From Oscillospiraceae bacterium (GTDB lineage Bacteria > Bacillota > Clostridia > Oscillospirales > Ruminococcaceae), in assembly GCA_009777725.1 (NCBI GenBank), contig WRLG01000011.1, forward strand, positions 6,807-70,806: a DNA stretch of 64,000 bases, written 5' to 3'. The notes beneath the pieces were generated by a model. That model worked only from the letters and a program-made list of their open reading frames with translations, was not told the DNA's origin and made no database searches. The translations under genes and the position numbers were made by a program. Shown piece after piece: positions 48,367-58,321 of this stretch; position 1 is the stretch's first letter, and every line of letters begins with the position of its first letter.

Positions 48367-48400
48367 AAAAACCTGCGTTCATAAGCGAACACAGGTTTTT
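48367..48400. terminator. hairpin terminator downstream of the spoVT 3' fragment
   Basis: AAAAACCTGCGTTC-(6 nt)-GAACACAGGTTTTT. Confidence 0.65.
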
Positions 48401-48408
48401 AAAATTGG

Positions 48409-48864
48409 CTATTCCTCCATCTGTTTCCCCAAAAACTGCGCCGCCGCCTGAATCAGATTTTGCTGAACTTCATTTGCGACTGCATCGTTATTGTTAGCCA
48501 GAAACGCAACCGCGCCCGTAACATCTCCCGACGAAAGAATCGGCGAACAGGCTATAGCGGGTCGGTCAATGCCCTCTACGGGGTAAACCTTAGCATCTGA
48601 GGAAGATGTTTTGAGGTAGTTTTTGCGGTTATCGAGATATTCCTCCAGTGCTTGTGAAATACGCCTTTCGCTGAACTCCTTCTTCTGCACCCCCGCAACG
48701 GCGACTACATGGTCGCGGTCAAAGACAACCGTGGGGCAGTTGGCAAGCTTAGTCATAACCTCGGCAACCTGCGCCGCCGAGCCTGCAAGCTCATTGATTG
48801 CGGAGTATTTTTTAAAAATTACCTCGCCATCGTTGCTTGTGTATATTTCTAAGGGGTCGCCCTC
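48409..48864 (-). pseudogene. spoVT: spoVT, 3' fragment (codons from ...EGDPLEIY to the natural stop), separated from its 5' part by the insertion
   Basis: EGDPLEIYTSNDGEVIFKKYSAINEL...VAVAG...GDVTGAVAFL...AAQFLGKQMEE is collinear with the SpoVT C-terminal 5/6. The upstream 32 codons of track ORF 48409..48960 are element/CRISPR sequence. Confidence 0.85.
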
Positions 48865-48937
48865 ATTGATAACATTGGAAGATAGATTTTGTTTAGGAAT
48901 ATCAGGGTTTGGGGAGAGGATATGTTGTACATAAATT

Positions 48938-49978
48938 ATTTCAACCCACACGCCCCACATAGGGGGCGACGTTGAGGCGTTGGAATATCCGAGTTTGTTA
49001 TGTTATTTCAATCCACGCCCCCCGCATAGGGGGCGACTTTGCGGAGAGAATGAGCCTTATTCATAATTTGGATTTCAATCCACGCCCCCCGCATAGGGGG
49101 CGACTGTTAATTTCGGGCACACTTTCATCTCACAGGCGATTTCAATCCACGCCCCCCGCATAGGGGGCGACATAAGTGATAACCGTTTCGCCTCTATCCA
49201 AGAAATTTCAATCCACGCCCCCCGCATAGGGGGCGACCTATGTTGGTTGACGAATTGAGAGCGTGGGGCATTTCAATCCACGCCCCCCGCATAGGGGGCG
49301 ACTTTTACTGGTGTATAACTGTTGCTCTGTGTTGTTTATTTCAATCCACGCCCCCCGCATAGGGGGCGACCCAAGACAAAATTGCGTGTGCGGGTTTACG
49401 AGGGAGCATTTCAATCCACGCCCCCCGCATAGGGGGCGACATTAAAGAGTTTGCGAGAGGGGGAAGCTTCGTTTTATTTCAATCCACGCCCCCCGCATAG
49501 GGGGCGACAAAAGCGGGTGATGATATGCAAATTGTAATAACTATTTCAATCCACGCCCCCCGCATAGGGGGCGACCTCTGCAAAAAGGATTAAAGGAACA
49601 CGGACTTGTTATTTCAATCCACGCCCCCCGCATAGGGGGCGACACAAGCCAAAACGCAAGCTGAAAAGGCACTACTCATTTCAATCCACGCCCCCCGCAT
49701 AGGGGGCGACGAGAGGGGCGACATATTATGGCAAAGTATGGTATATTTCAATCCACGCCCCCCGCATAGGGGGCGACGGGCTCGATATAGGTACGGGGTA
49801 GGTTTTGAACTTATTTCAATCCACGCCCCCCGCATAGGGGGCGACATAAAGCTGTTGAAAATCAACGGCTTTTATTTTATTTCAATCCACGCCCCCCGCA
49901 TAGGGGGCGACATTAGCCCGTCAAATACGGCAACGGTTGTGTTTCATTTCAATCCACGCCCCCCGCATAGGGGGCGAC
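48938..49978 (-). CRISPR. CRISPR array, 16 repeats (33 nt) and 15 spacers (32-37 nt), type I-C repeat
   Basis: The plus-strand repeat is ATTTCAATCCACGCCCCCCGCATAGGGGGCGAC, which is GTCGCCCCCTATGCGGGGGGCGTGGATTGAAAT in the transcribed sense. Repeat starts: 48938 (degenerate), 49005, 49072, 49139, 49205, 49270, 49338, 49408, 49476, 49543, 49611, 49678, 49745, 49813, 49879, 49946. Confidence 0.97.
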
Positions 49979-50169
49979 TACAAAATGTTACAAAAATTTA
50001 TTAAAATTACAGTATAAATTTGTCAAAAGTTATAAATTCACAGCAATTCTTTAATAAATAATCGGATTATTTTGCAAAAATAATTTGTTTTCGGCAAATT
50101 ATTTGGTGCGAATACTCAGGTGTTTTTATGTTTGCTAATGATTCGCACTCGTTATGCAATAAATTCTGT
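49979..50169 (-). promoter_or_regulatory. AT-rich CRISPR leader between cas2 and the first repeat
   Basis: 191-nt AT-rich non-coding stretch next to the non-degenerate end of the array. Contains hairpin GTGCGAAT...ATTCGCAC (about 50106-50148) after cas2. Confidence 0.55.
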
Positions 50170-50481
50170 TTATATTATTAGCGGCTCTGTTACATCGAAT
50201 GAGGCTTTTGCTCCGTAGTGTTCAACATTGTTTTTGTAATTATTTCCAAGTGAGTAAAATCTAAGGCTATCCTCATTCTTATCCATAATTTTGAGCAATG
50301 TTGCCTTAACCTTAACAAGCAATGCGGCATCGAGGTTACATTCAAATACGGAGTTTTGAACTCGTTGACCGTAATTTACGCAGGTTTTGGCTATTTGCCG
50401 CAGACGTTTACGCCCTGCGGCAGTTTCCGTGCTAACATCGTATGTGATTAACACAAGCAAACAAATGCACCTCATTTCCAT
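50170..50481 (-). CDS. cas2: CRISPR-associated endoribonuclease Cas2
   Basis: LVLITYDVS...RKRLRQIAKTCVNYGQRVQNSVFEC. Confidence 0.9.
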   Translation of the reverse strand: MEMRCICLLVLITYDVSTETAAGRKRLRQIAKTCVNYGQRVQNSVFECNLDAALLVKVKATLLKIMDKNEDSLRFYSLGNNYKNNVEHYGAKASFDVTEPLII

Positions 50482-51503
50482 AAAAACGGCGGATATTCGT
50501 CAAGGTCGCCCCGCAAAAATCTTGCAAGCAGTAAGGCTTGAACATAAGTCGCCAATCCCCATTCTATCTTTTCCTGCAAAAACGGGTGCGTTATTTGTTC
50601 CTGTTTCCGCTTTTGCCAAGCATTTAAAAATATTCGCCTTGCTTCATCTTTTATAAGGACAGAGCCGTTTTCCTTTGTTTGAAAGCCTTTTGAGTCTATT
50701 TGCCGCTTGTTAATCAGCGACAATACAAATCTGTCGGCAATAACCGCTCGAAATTCCTCCATTAAATCGAGAGCTAAAGATTTCCTCCCGGGTCTGTCAC
50801 GGTGGAGAAACCCCACAAATGGGTCAAGCCCTACCGAGCGAACCGCCGCCGCAACATCGTTGGCTAAAAGGGAGTACGCAAAAGACAGCAATGAATTCAC
50901 ATTGTCAAGCGGCGGGCGGCGGCTTCGTGTTTTAAAGAAGAAATCCTCTTTAGACTGCAAAATCAACTCATCAAATACGGAGAAATATCTTGTCGCCGCT
51001 TCACCCTCAATGCCTCGTATCGTTTCCAAGTTGCTTGCTTTCCGTAATGGTTTTACGGCATTTGCAATGCCGAGTGCCGCTGATTTAATTCGCTCGGAAT
51101 CAACTCTCATCTCATGGTCACGTAACGCTCGTTCGAGAATCCAACGGCTGTTATGAAGCTTTGCGGTTATTATATTTTTTGCGATTGCCGTGCTTTGGGT
51201 TAAATCATCTGCCATTCTGTACTGCGTTCTGCGAAGAACGACATTCCCCTTTTCTATCCCCGATACATCCGCCAAAAACCGCCCGTTTACTGTAAAAAAT
51301 GACAACGCAATATTTCGGTCGGCACACGCTCCCATCAAAGCGGGAGAAGCCCCCGTGTAACCGAAAGTGATAATTCCCTCTAAGTTATGAAGCGGAACAC
51401 GGAGCAAGGTTTCTTTATCTCGTAATACAACGACGTTTTCGCCGTCCAACGAAAGGTAAGCATCGGGCGTTGTTACATAAAGAGTATTCAGAAGTTTTCT
51501 CAG
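50472..51503 (-). CDS. cas1: CRISPR-associated endonuclease Cas1 (type I-C)
   Basis: The track ORF starts at 51449, but the conserved N-terminus (R)KLLNTLYVTTPDAYLSLDGENVVV continues upstream in frame. The only plausible initiator is CTG at 51503-51501, with GAGGAGGG upstream. Confidence 0.85.
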   Translation of the reverse strand: MRKLLNTLYVTTPDAYLSLDGENVVVLRDKETLLRVPLHNLEGIITFGYTGASPALMGACADRNIALSFFTVNGRFLADVSGIEKGNVVLRRTQYRMADDLTQSTAIAKNIITAKLHNSRWILERALRDHEMRVDSERIKSAALGIANAVKPLRKASNLETIRGIEGEAATRYFSVFDELILQSKEDFFFKTRSRRPPLDNVNSLLSFAYSLLANDVAAAVRSVGLDPFVGFLHRDRPGRKSLALDLMEEFRAVIADRFVLSLINKRQIDSKGFQTKENGSVLIKDEARRIFLNAWQKRKQEQITHPFLQEKIEWGLATYVQALLLARFLRGDLDEYPPFLWK

Positions 51504-52171
51504 AAAACACCCTCCTCTCGTAATGCGTGAGCAATATAATTTGCAACATTTTTAGTGTCCGTTACCTTAGGCAGGCATAACTCATACAGCGAACATTTCA
51601 AACAGTATTTTGATGATTTTACTTTCGGAGTATATCGGCGATTATAGTAATCGTGCATTTCGCAAACCATTTTTCGGGCTTTTTCACGCATTTCATCGGT
51701 TATATCAACATATTCCCGCCGCTTTGTTTCTCCGTAGTAAATACAACTTTTCTCAATTTTGCCGCAGTTCAGCATTTCTTCAAGACACATAGCTTGAAGA
51801 GTAAGCTGAAACCTGTCGCAATCATTGATTTTCGATTTACCTCGCTTATACTCTACTATCAGCGGAAACCACTTACCCGAACGTCCATGCAAACTAACTC
51901 CGCAAACATCATCTTGATGAAACTCAATAATATCGCATTGTCCCGAAACACCGAGTTCACTTGAATGAATCGGCATTTCTCGTGTTATAATCACATCTCC
52001 CCGCTTTTCGGCAAAAAACGGATCATGTGCTTTCTCGTGGATTACCCGCCCTTCGGCTGTCAGGACATTTTCCGCCCACAATTGCTCAATATGTATTAAC
52101 GCCCATTGTCGGCGGCAAAATGCAAAGTGTTGTATTCCCGATAGCTGCAAAAAATCATCTTCTGTATACAT
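51500..52171 (-). CDS. cas4: CRISPR-associated exonuclease Cas4
   Basis: RecB-like motifs, an N-terminal Cys (FCRRQWAL) and a C-terminal CLKCSLYELC cluster. Confidence 0.9.
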   Translation of the reverse strand: MYTEDDFLQLSGIQHFAFCRRQWALIHIEQLWAENVLTAEGRVIHEKAHDPFFAEKRGDVIITREMPIHSSELGVSGQCDIIEFHQDDVCGVSLHGRSGKWFPLIVEYKRGKSKINDCDRFQLTLQAMCLEEMLNCGKIEKSCIYYGETKRREYVDITDEMREKARKMVCEMHDYYNRRYTPKVKSSKYCLKCSLYELCLPKVTDTKNVANYIAHALREEGVF

Positions 52172-52173
52172 AC

Positions 52174-53004
52174 TTATTCACCATCGATTTCTTCCGTCTT
52201 AATTCCAATATCGTCAAGCGTATAAGTTCCGTCTGCATTGACATGAAGACTGCGGTGAACCTTTGCAGACGAGAGAGTTTTTTCTGTATGTGTCCACCAA
52301 ATTAGTTTTATAACTTCCATGCTCCCTGCAGGTCGAGCGGCAGATTCGTCATTCTCGAACATTTTAAGCATTGCCTCTTTCAGCGTTTTGGCATCATCAT
52401 CGGAGAACCCGGTCTTTTCGGAAAGCTGTTTGTTTATGCTACCGTATATAACGTAAATGCCTTTATCAACCCTGTGCTTATCTCCCATTGTATCCGACCC
52501 TTTAATTTCACCTCCTATATCGCCGGATGTACTTTTGGTTATTTTCAGATGAGTTATATCAATAGGTTCTTTTGAAAATGCACTCTGTATAGAAACCGGT
52601 CCGCGAACCGGAATAGATACGGATACTTGGTTTGGGCTTTTCCCGTCTTTCCAAGCAAGAACTGCACCAAAAGCTCGAACATCAAACCATTTTTCACAAG
52701 CAATTTTTGCTTTTTCGCTTGTCTTATCATCTTTGTTTGGTTTCCCCATTTCAGCTTCATAGCGTGTTTTTATGTCAGGATATTCATCTTTTTTATAATC
52801 GTCAGACTGAATGAGAATACTCTCTCCCATATCAAGAAGCCTGTTTCTGATTTTGCGTTTTAGGCATACGTCCGTCATTTCTCCATAACCATCGTAGTCT
52901 GTTCGGGGTCTGTTGCCGTTTAGCGGGTCGCCGTTGGGGTTAGCATTTCTTACCCCGATTATAATTGCGAAGTCAATTTTCTTAGTCAGCATCTTCTTGT
53001 TCAT
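52174..53004 (-). CDS. cas7: Cas7 (Csd2), type I-C
   Basis: IIGVRNANPNGDPLNGNRPR signature. ATG at 53004 is preceded by AAGGAGG. Confidence 0.85.
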   Translation of the reverse strand: MNKKMLTKKIDFAIIIGVRNANPNGDPLNGNRPRTDYDGYGEMTDVCLKRKIRNRLLDMGESILIQSDDYKKDEYPDIKTRYEAEMGKPNKDDKTSEKAKIACEKWFDVRAFGAVLAWKDGKSPNQVSVSIPVRGPVSIQSAFSKEPIDITHLKITKSTSGDIGGEIKGSDTMGDKHRVDKGIYVIYGSINKQLSEKTGFSDDDAKTLKEAMLKMFENDESAARPAGSMEVIKLIWWTHTEKTLSSAKVHRSLHVNADGTYTLDDIGIKTEEIDGE

Positions 53005-54898
53005 TTCCTTGTTCCTCCTTGATTCTTTTTTTGTTTTCCTCATATTCTTTATCCTTATCCGCATAATACTTGCGTTGTAAAGAATAACCAAATAGATATT
53101 TTACGGTTAATGGTTTGTCATACTCTTTGTCAGAAATATTGGGGTCAAACAGTAACTCTGTGATACTGTCTATTTCTTGCTGATACCATTCACGACCGCC
53201 GCTTTTCAAACTTACGAGAGCATAGTTTATCTTCTCTCGAATAATTCCCCAGGTGCGATAAGGATTATTTTTAAAAGCGGACATATACCTTATTGCATTT
53301 GTGGGACGGTCGTCTTTTTTCTTTTGCAAGTGCTTCCTTTCAATAGTATCAGCAACCGCAAGTAACCTCCCGAAAAGATAATCCTTATCCTTATTATTTC
53401 TGTCTAATCCCAATGCAAAAACCTCCTCTTTATAATAATATTTACGCCCCATAGCACAAACAACGCCGATATGATTCTCCCAATCGTCTTTATCACTCTC
53501 CCATTTTTTAATAAATGAAAACGGATTTGAAACCCTGTTTACTGCGGCGTTTAGCCAAGACTTGTCAAATTTCTCACTGTTTAAAATAAAACTCAAAATT
53601 CGCTCTCTCGCCTGTTTTTTGATTTTGTAATAGCTCTTTGCTTCACCCGGTGGTTTTTCACCGTATACCGCCGCAATAATCTTATCTGTACTCGGCGCGG
53701 AAATATGATAAATTGGGTTCCCGTTTTTATCATATATAAATTTTCCTTTCTTGCCCCTACTTCTAAAATTCCAACAACAAGTTTCATGCCAGTTTATAAT
53801 GCGTTCGATGTATTCGTTTTCGTCTAAATCACAGTAAAAAGTAATGGCAAGAGGGGCATCCCCCTCACTATCTGTTGCTAGTACAACAATTTTTCTGTCG
53901 GTTTGCGATTTTTTTACAGAACCGCATCCATTGAGCAACTCTCGAAGTTTATGGGCATAATCCCTATTTAATACCCCCTTTGTCTCAATAAGCTTGTCGC
54001 TATCTGTTTGCGGCTCCTCATTTCCAAAAAATTCACACGAATCTTTTTGAAAACTAATCGCTTCCTCGCCATTATCAATTGCCCACGCTACTATTGCTTG
54101 TGAACCACATTTAGATAAGTTTTGTGCCGATATTAAATACTTCAACATAGACATTGCGGCATGACTTGATTCCTTGCCAATTATGCGAGATTCAGTGGGA
54201 TTATTCGCAATTGGAAAAAATCGCCCCGAGTAGACAAAATTAGGGTCTTCTTTGTCAGACGGAAAGCAAATGAGCTTGCTATTTCCTGATATTTTTTGAC
54301 TATACTTAGAGATAGTTTTCACTTCTCCGGTTGCATAGCAAAGCCCCTTATTCTTATCCTCGCCCTCGTTTTCTTTACAGTATTTTATCCAAGCATCAAC
54401 AATGGTTTCATCTTTCCATAAATCCGATTCCAAGCCCAACCACACCGAAAACATAACAAAGGTTTTGGGTGATAAATTTTTAAACTTATATCCTTCCAAA
54501 TCGTCCAAAATAGTCTTCTTTGAAAGATACTGATATACAATTTTTACTTTATCATGAAAGTTACACCATTTTCTTAATTGTTCCATATAGGCATCGTAGT
54601 ATTTGTCATAATAAGCCAGATATTTCATTTGTTCGTGTAAGGGATATGGTGCAGAAGTTGAAGATGTGCGTGCTTCGGCTTCCGGAGTATACGGAATGAT
54701 AACTGAACCGGAAAATGGCTCTGCGTGTTTTAAATTGCCGCTTTTATCAAGCGTTATGCGTATACCATTACTATCTTTTGATTTTCCTATATTTTTAAAC
54801 AAAAAATATGGTGGCGGCAGTATGTTTTCATTATCATTAATCCCCCAAATATTTTCACAATTATAGTAAGTCTCAGCCAAATTACCAAACCAACTCAA
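52982..54898 (-). CDS. cas8c: Cas8c (Csd1), type I-C large subunit
   Basis: 638 aa, positioned between cas5 and cas7, with 4-nt overlap with cas5. The call rests on size and position; the sequence itself is only weakly recognisable. Confidence 0.8.
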   Translation of the reverse strand: MSWFGNLAETYYNCENIWGINDNENILPPPYFLFKNIGKSKDSNGIRITLDKSGNLKHAEPFSGSVIIPYTPEAEARTSSTSAPYPLHEQMKYLAYYDKYYDAYMEQLRKWCNFHDKVKIVYQYLSKKTILDDLEGYKFKNLSPKTFVMFSVWLGLESDLWKDETIVDAWIKYCKENEGEDKNKGLCYATGEVKTISKYSQKISGNSKLICFPSDKEDPNFVYSGRFFPIANNPTESRIIGKESSHAAMSMLKYLISAQNLSKCGSQAIVAWAIDNGEEAISFQKDSCEFFGNEEPQTDSDKLIETKGVLNRDYAHKLRELLNGCGSVKKSQTDRKIVVLATDSEGDAPLAITFYCDLDENEYIERIINWHETCCWNFRSRGKKGKFIYDKNGNPIYHISAPSTDKIIAAVYGEKPPGEAKSYYKIKKQARERILSFILNSEKFDKSWLNAAVNRVSNPFSFIKKWESDKDDWENHIGVVCAMGRKYYYKEEVFALGLDRNNKDKDYLFGRLLAVADTIERKHLQKKKDDRPTNAIRYMSAFKNNPYRTWGIIREKINYALVSLKSGGREWYQQEIDSITELLFDPNISDKEYDKPLTVKYLFGYSLQRKYYADKDKEYEENKKRIKEEQGNEQEDAD

Positions 54899-55608
54899 TC
54901 AAAATCACCATCCCTTTCAGCTTGCTCTACAGTTTTGAAATTATCGCCCTCAACGAATCTCTTAAAATCATATTTGTCACCGTATTCTCTGACAGTACGG
55001 TACATAGGGTCAACAAATTCAATAATGCCGTTGTTCATTGACTGCTTGCAAAGTCTGACACCAAGTTCTTTTTTGCCTGTTTCATCAGGATAATCAAAGC
55101 TGTGAAACATAACTCCGAAATCAATAACGCCGTAATCATTGTAAGGGCTTGAATCTTCACCAAATATGCAGGGTTCGACATAGCCTTGACACTCTCTTGT
55201 GCCGAGGAAAATATCTCGCCGCCCGCCCTGTTCTACACAGCGTTTGGCAATATTATGATGTTTATGCTCGTTGCGGTCATTTAATAAATCCGGGCGTTGC
55301 TCGTTCCACTCGAAATGTGCCGTTACTTGATACTCAACATCTTTGAGATAAGTGTAATAAGCAAGGTCGTTTCCTCCGTTCATTTTAATAGGGCGAACGC
55401 CCTTGCTTTCTGTCTGAATTTTTTTCATAACCCGAATTTTATCAACATACCAAATAAAAGTCGGCTTCCAATATATGCCTTCGCAAATCCCCTTTAACGC
55501 TTGATATGTAGGAGTTTGGTAGCTGAATTTTTCGCCGCCCGGTCGGGTAATCGGGTCGGAAAAAAGTGCGTATCTGCCGTAAACCTTAAATTCTATTGAG
55601 TTTCGCAT
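54895..55608 (-). CDS. cas5: Cas5c (Cas5d), type I-C pre-crRNA-processing subunit
   Basis: [37 protein letters not shown]-terminus typical of Cas5d. Confidence 0.85.
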   Translation of the reverse strand: MRNSIEFKVYGRYALFSDPITRPGGEKFSYQTPTYQALKGICEGIYWKPTFIWYVDKIRVMKKIQTESKGVRPIKMNGGNDLAYYTYLKDVEYQVTAHFEWNEQRPDLLNDRNEHKHHNIAKRCVEQGGRRDIFLGTRECQGYVEPCIFGEDSSPYNDYGVIDFGVMFHSFDYPDETGKKELGVRLCKQSMNNGIIEFVDPMYRTVREYGDKYDFKRFVEGDNFKTVEQAERDGDFD

Positions 55609-55620
55609 ATAATTCCCCTT

Positions 55621-57936
55621 TCACGCATTTAACAATTCGTGTTTTCCGTTAATATCTATCCCGAAATCACCACTATAAAAGCCCTTTGATAAAACCGTCA
55701 GTCCGTTATAGTTTATATTGTCAATTGCACCGTGTTTTTTAAATTTTTTAAGTTGTTCTTCATATAATGAAACGCTGTATTTACCAAGCTTTTTCAGTAA
55801 CTGTCGCTTTTCTTTTAAGCAATCGGTTGAGTTATATTGGTTTAGTAACGCTTCGCTGTCACCATAAGGAACAATAACGTTAATCCGCCCTTTTTCAATC
55901 ACATAAAACTCATCAGCGGCTGAACGCATTGCAAACGGCAACGCAATTTTTGTTTTATTCCCCCTGTTTTTATATGCACCAACGCCTTGTTTATTGCACG
56001 ACAGCAAATCGTAAATTGAGCCGTTATTTACGGGGTAATCCATTTTATTTTTTATATCCGTCTGACCGTAATAATATTCATAATATTGCTCTATCGTTAC
56101 GTTCTCTTCATCAAATAATCGCCTTGTAATATTTGCCCCCGCCTTTATATCGGGCAATCTGCTCAAATTTTCACCCTTGATATTTATCACATAAACGCTT
56201 TTAGCATCGTCATATTCACCATGACGGTTGCAACGCCCAGCCGCTTGAAAAATGCTGTCAAGCCCTGCAATGTCACGGATAACACATTCAAACGAAATAT
56301 CAACTCCGGCTTCTATAAGCTGCGTAGATACGCAAATTACAGACTCTTTGTTTTTCAATCGTTGCCTTAACTTTGCGATTACATCATCTCGATGAGCAGA
56401 ACACATATTTGTACTTAAATGCAAAACGGAGTTGATTTCTTTCAATTCCTCATAAACAGCTTTTGCGGCGGCTTTGGTGTTCACTATTACAAGAGTTGAA
56501 TTGTTATGCTTGTCCAAGATAAATTCCGATAATTCGGGGTATGTATAGCCTGCTCCGCTAAGCGAATTAATAATGTTATAACGCTTTGGCGGTTCAATAT
56601 AAGTGGTAAGCGATGGACTGTCCGAAAATAATATTTTCCTGAAAACTCTTTCAAATGGGGGTTGAGTGGCAGTGCAAAGTAAAATAGTGCTTTTGCAGAT
56701 TTTATTAATAAAATTCATAGCCGAATTAAAAATATGAGTGCATTTGAGCGGGATGCTTTGTGCTTCATCAAATATAATCACGCTTTTAGCCATGTTATGA
56801 AGCTTTCTCAAATCGGAGCCTTTTGCCGAAAATATGCTTTCCAAAAGTTGAACTTGCGTAGTAAGAATAATGGGTGCATCCCAGCGACCCATTTGCAATT
56901 TATAATGCTCCTCCTTGTCATCGTCTGGAAAGAAATCGGAATGATGTTCAAAGACCATGTCTTCATGGCATCCGAGCGTTCTGCGAATTTCAATTGCCGT
57001 TTGGCTTAAAATAGAAAGATACGGGATAACGTAAATGACCCTGTCTAAACCATGATGTTTAGCGTGTTCAAGTGCAAAACGCAAGCTCGATAAAGTCTTG
57101 CCGCCGCCCGTCGGCACTTCGAGTTTGTAAATGCCAACGCCTCGCAACCCGGCAATTTTGCAGTCTTCCGATACCTTTCGCCGCAGTTTACTCATAGCGG
57201 AATTTGAATCTGTTTCTGAAAACTCTGCAAGCCTTTTTTCAAGAGCATTTATTAATTCGCCCCAATTCGGCGTAGCAGGATGAGAATAGGGAACGCCGAT
57301 TTCAAATAAGTAAGCCCCTAATCTGTCAGCATCAACAAGGCATGAAAAAGCAAGCTTAGTTAGCATGGAAACAAAGAAAAACCTATCTAAGCTTAAATTT
57401 TCAGCTGTTTGTGTAATATTCAACAACTCATTTTTCAGAGCATTTATATCAACAGGCTCACCATTAAAATCAACATTCTCAGTTCTTGCTATTTTATCAT
57501 TAAGCGACGTTTCACCATCGGGAGAGATATTATCGTATAATCTGCCGTGATGAGAAGCGATAATATTAGCGAGTATTTCAGCGAACGGCGGGATTAAGAG
57601 AGTTTTGTCATATGCGTATTTCGCACCATATTCACTATGCGGCAAACGCTCCTTTTGCGGATTACTACTATGTAAATTTCTATGCAAATATTCTTGCCAT
57701 TCTTCAGACGACTTGCCTAAATCGTGCCAGAACCCTGCCAATCGCATAGTTTCGCCGATACCGCATTTATTACCGAATGAACATGCAATTTCAGATGTTT
57801 CCATCAAGTGATTTTTTAGTGACTGATTTCTACGTACCGATTTATCTAAATCGTACAAACTACGTGCCAAATAATCGTCCAACAATGTGTATTTTTGTTT
57901 TTGTTCAATATTTTTTGGCATTATGTTCATCCCCAA
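55621..57936 (-). CDS. cas3: Cas3 helicase-nuclease (HD + DEAD/DEAH helicase)
   Basis: HD motif FWHDLGK, Walker A PTGGGKT, DEAQ box IIFDEAQ. Confidence 0.9.
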   Translation of the reverse strand: MGMNIMPKNIEQKQKYTLLDDYLARSLYDLDKSVRRNQSLKNHLMETSEIACSFGNKCGIGETMRLAGFWHDLGKSSEEWQEYLHRNLHSSNPQKERLPHSEYGAKYAYDKTLLIPPFAEILANIIASHHGRLYDNISPDGETSLNDKIARTENVDFNGEPVDINALKNELLNITQTAENLSLDRFFFVSMLTKLAFSCLVDADRLGAYLFEIGVPYSHPATPNWGELINALEKRLAEFSETDSNSAMSKLRRKVSEDCKIAGLRGVGIYKLEVPTGGGKTLSSLRFALEHAKHHGLDRVIYVIPYLSILSQTAIEIRRTLGCHEDMVFEHHSDFFPDDDKEEHYKLQMGRWDAPIILTTQVQLLESIFSAKGSDLRKLHNMAKSVIIFDEAQSIPLKCTHIFNSAMNFINKICKSTILLCTATQPPFERVFRKILFSDSPSLTTYIEPPKRYNIINSLSGAGYTYPELSEFILDKHNNSTLVIVNTKAAAKAVYEELKEINSVLHLSTNMCSAHRDDVIAKLRQRLKNKESVICVSTQLIEAGVDISFECVIRDIAGLDSIFQAAGRCNRHGEYDDAKSVYVINIKGENLSRLPDIKAGANITRRLFDEENVTIEQYYEYYYGQTDIKNKMDYPVNNGSIYDLLSCNKQGVGAYKNRGNKTKIALPFAMRSAADEFYVIEKGRINVIVPYGDSEALLNQYNSTDCLKEKRQLLKKLGKYSVSLYEEQLKKFKKHGAIDNINYNGLTVLSKGFYSGDFGIDINGKHELLNA

Positions 57937-58111
57937 CTTTAAGTTCTTATAGATAATTATACTATATAAAGTTATATAATGTCAATACTTTTGCCGAAAA
58001 TTTACAGGACTTAGAAATTGCAGAAGAAGAAGTCGCACAGTCGGTGACAATAAGAATAAATCTCACAAAAAATGGTAAAACTAAACTTCAGAGGGGGAAT
58101 TGCTTATAAAA

Positions 58112-58321
58112 ATGAATATCAAAGATTCTGACCATATAGCAGAAATATGGCTGACAAACGAAGAACAGCAAAATGAAGAGTTACGACAATCGCTGGAACT
58201 GCTTTATGAGAAGTATAAAGCCCAAAAATATAAAATCTGCATATTCTGCTCCGGCAAAAGCGACTTGACAGAAAACACCGCAAGGCTTTTGTTTTGCAAT
58301 AAGGCTTTAAACACAGTATAA
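58112..58321 (+). CDS. small hypothetical protein (69 aa) on the element
   Basis: MNIKDSDHIAEIWLTNEEQQNEELRQSLELLYEKYKAQKYKICIFCSG... From memory it resembles small proteins seen on Firmicute mobile elements. Function unknown. Confidence 0.4.
   Translation: MNIKDSDHIAEIWLTNEEQQNEELRQSLELLYEKYKAQKYKICIFCSGKSDLTENTARLLFCNKALNTV

Noticed and set aside
48938-48960. Functional N-terminally re-headed SpoVT expressed from the ATG inside the terminal CRISPR repeat.
   Set aside because: There is no Shine-Dalgarno sequence upstream of that ATG, and the 32 extra residues are repeat- or junction-encoded. It is kept only as a caveat in the array finding.
48972-50004. Four track ORFs (48972..49163, 49263..49445, 49614..49865, 49738..50004) with recurring FNPRPPHRGR / PPMRGAWIE peptides.
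   Set aside because: They are translations of the CRISPR repeats in different frames, not genes.
57990-58099. Open frame ...AENLQDLEIAEEEVAQSVTIRINLTKNGKTKLQRGNCL* between cas3 and the 58112 ORF.
   Set aside because: There is no start codon in frame. At most it is a gene remnant.
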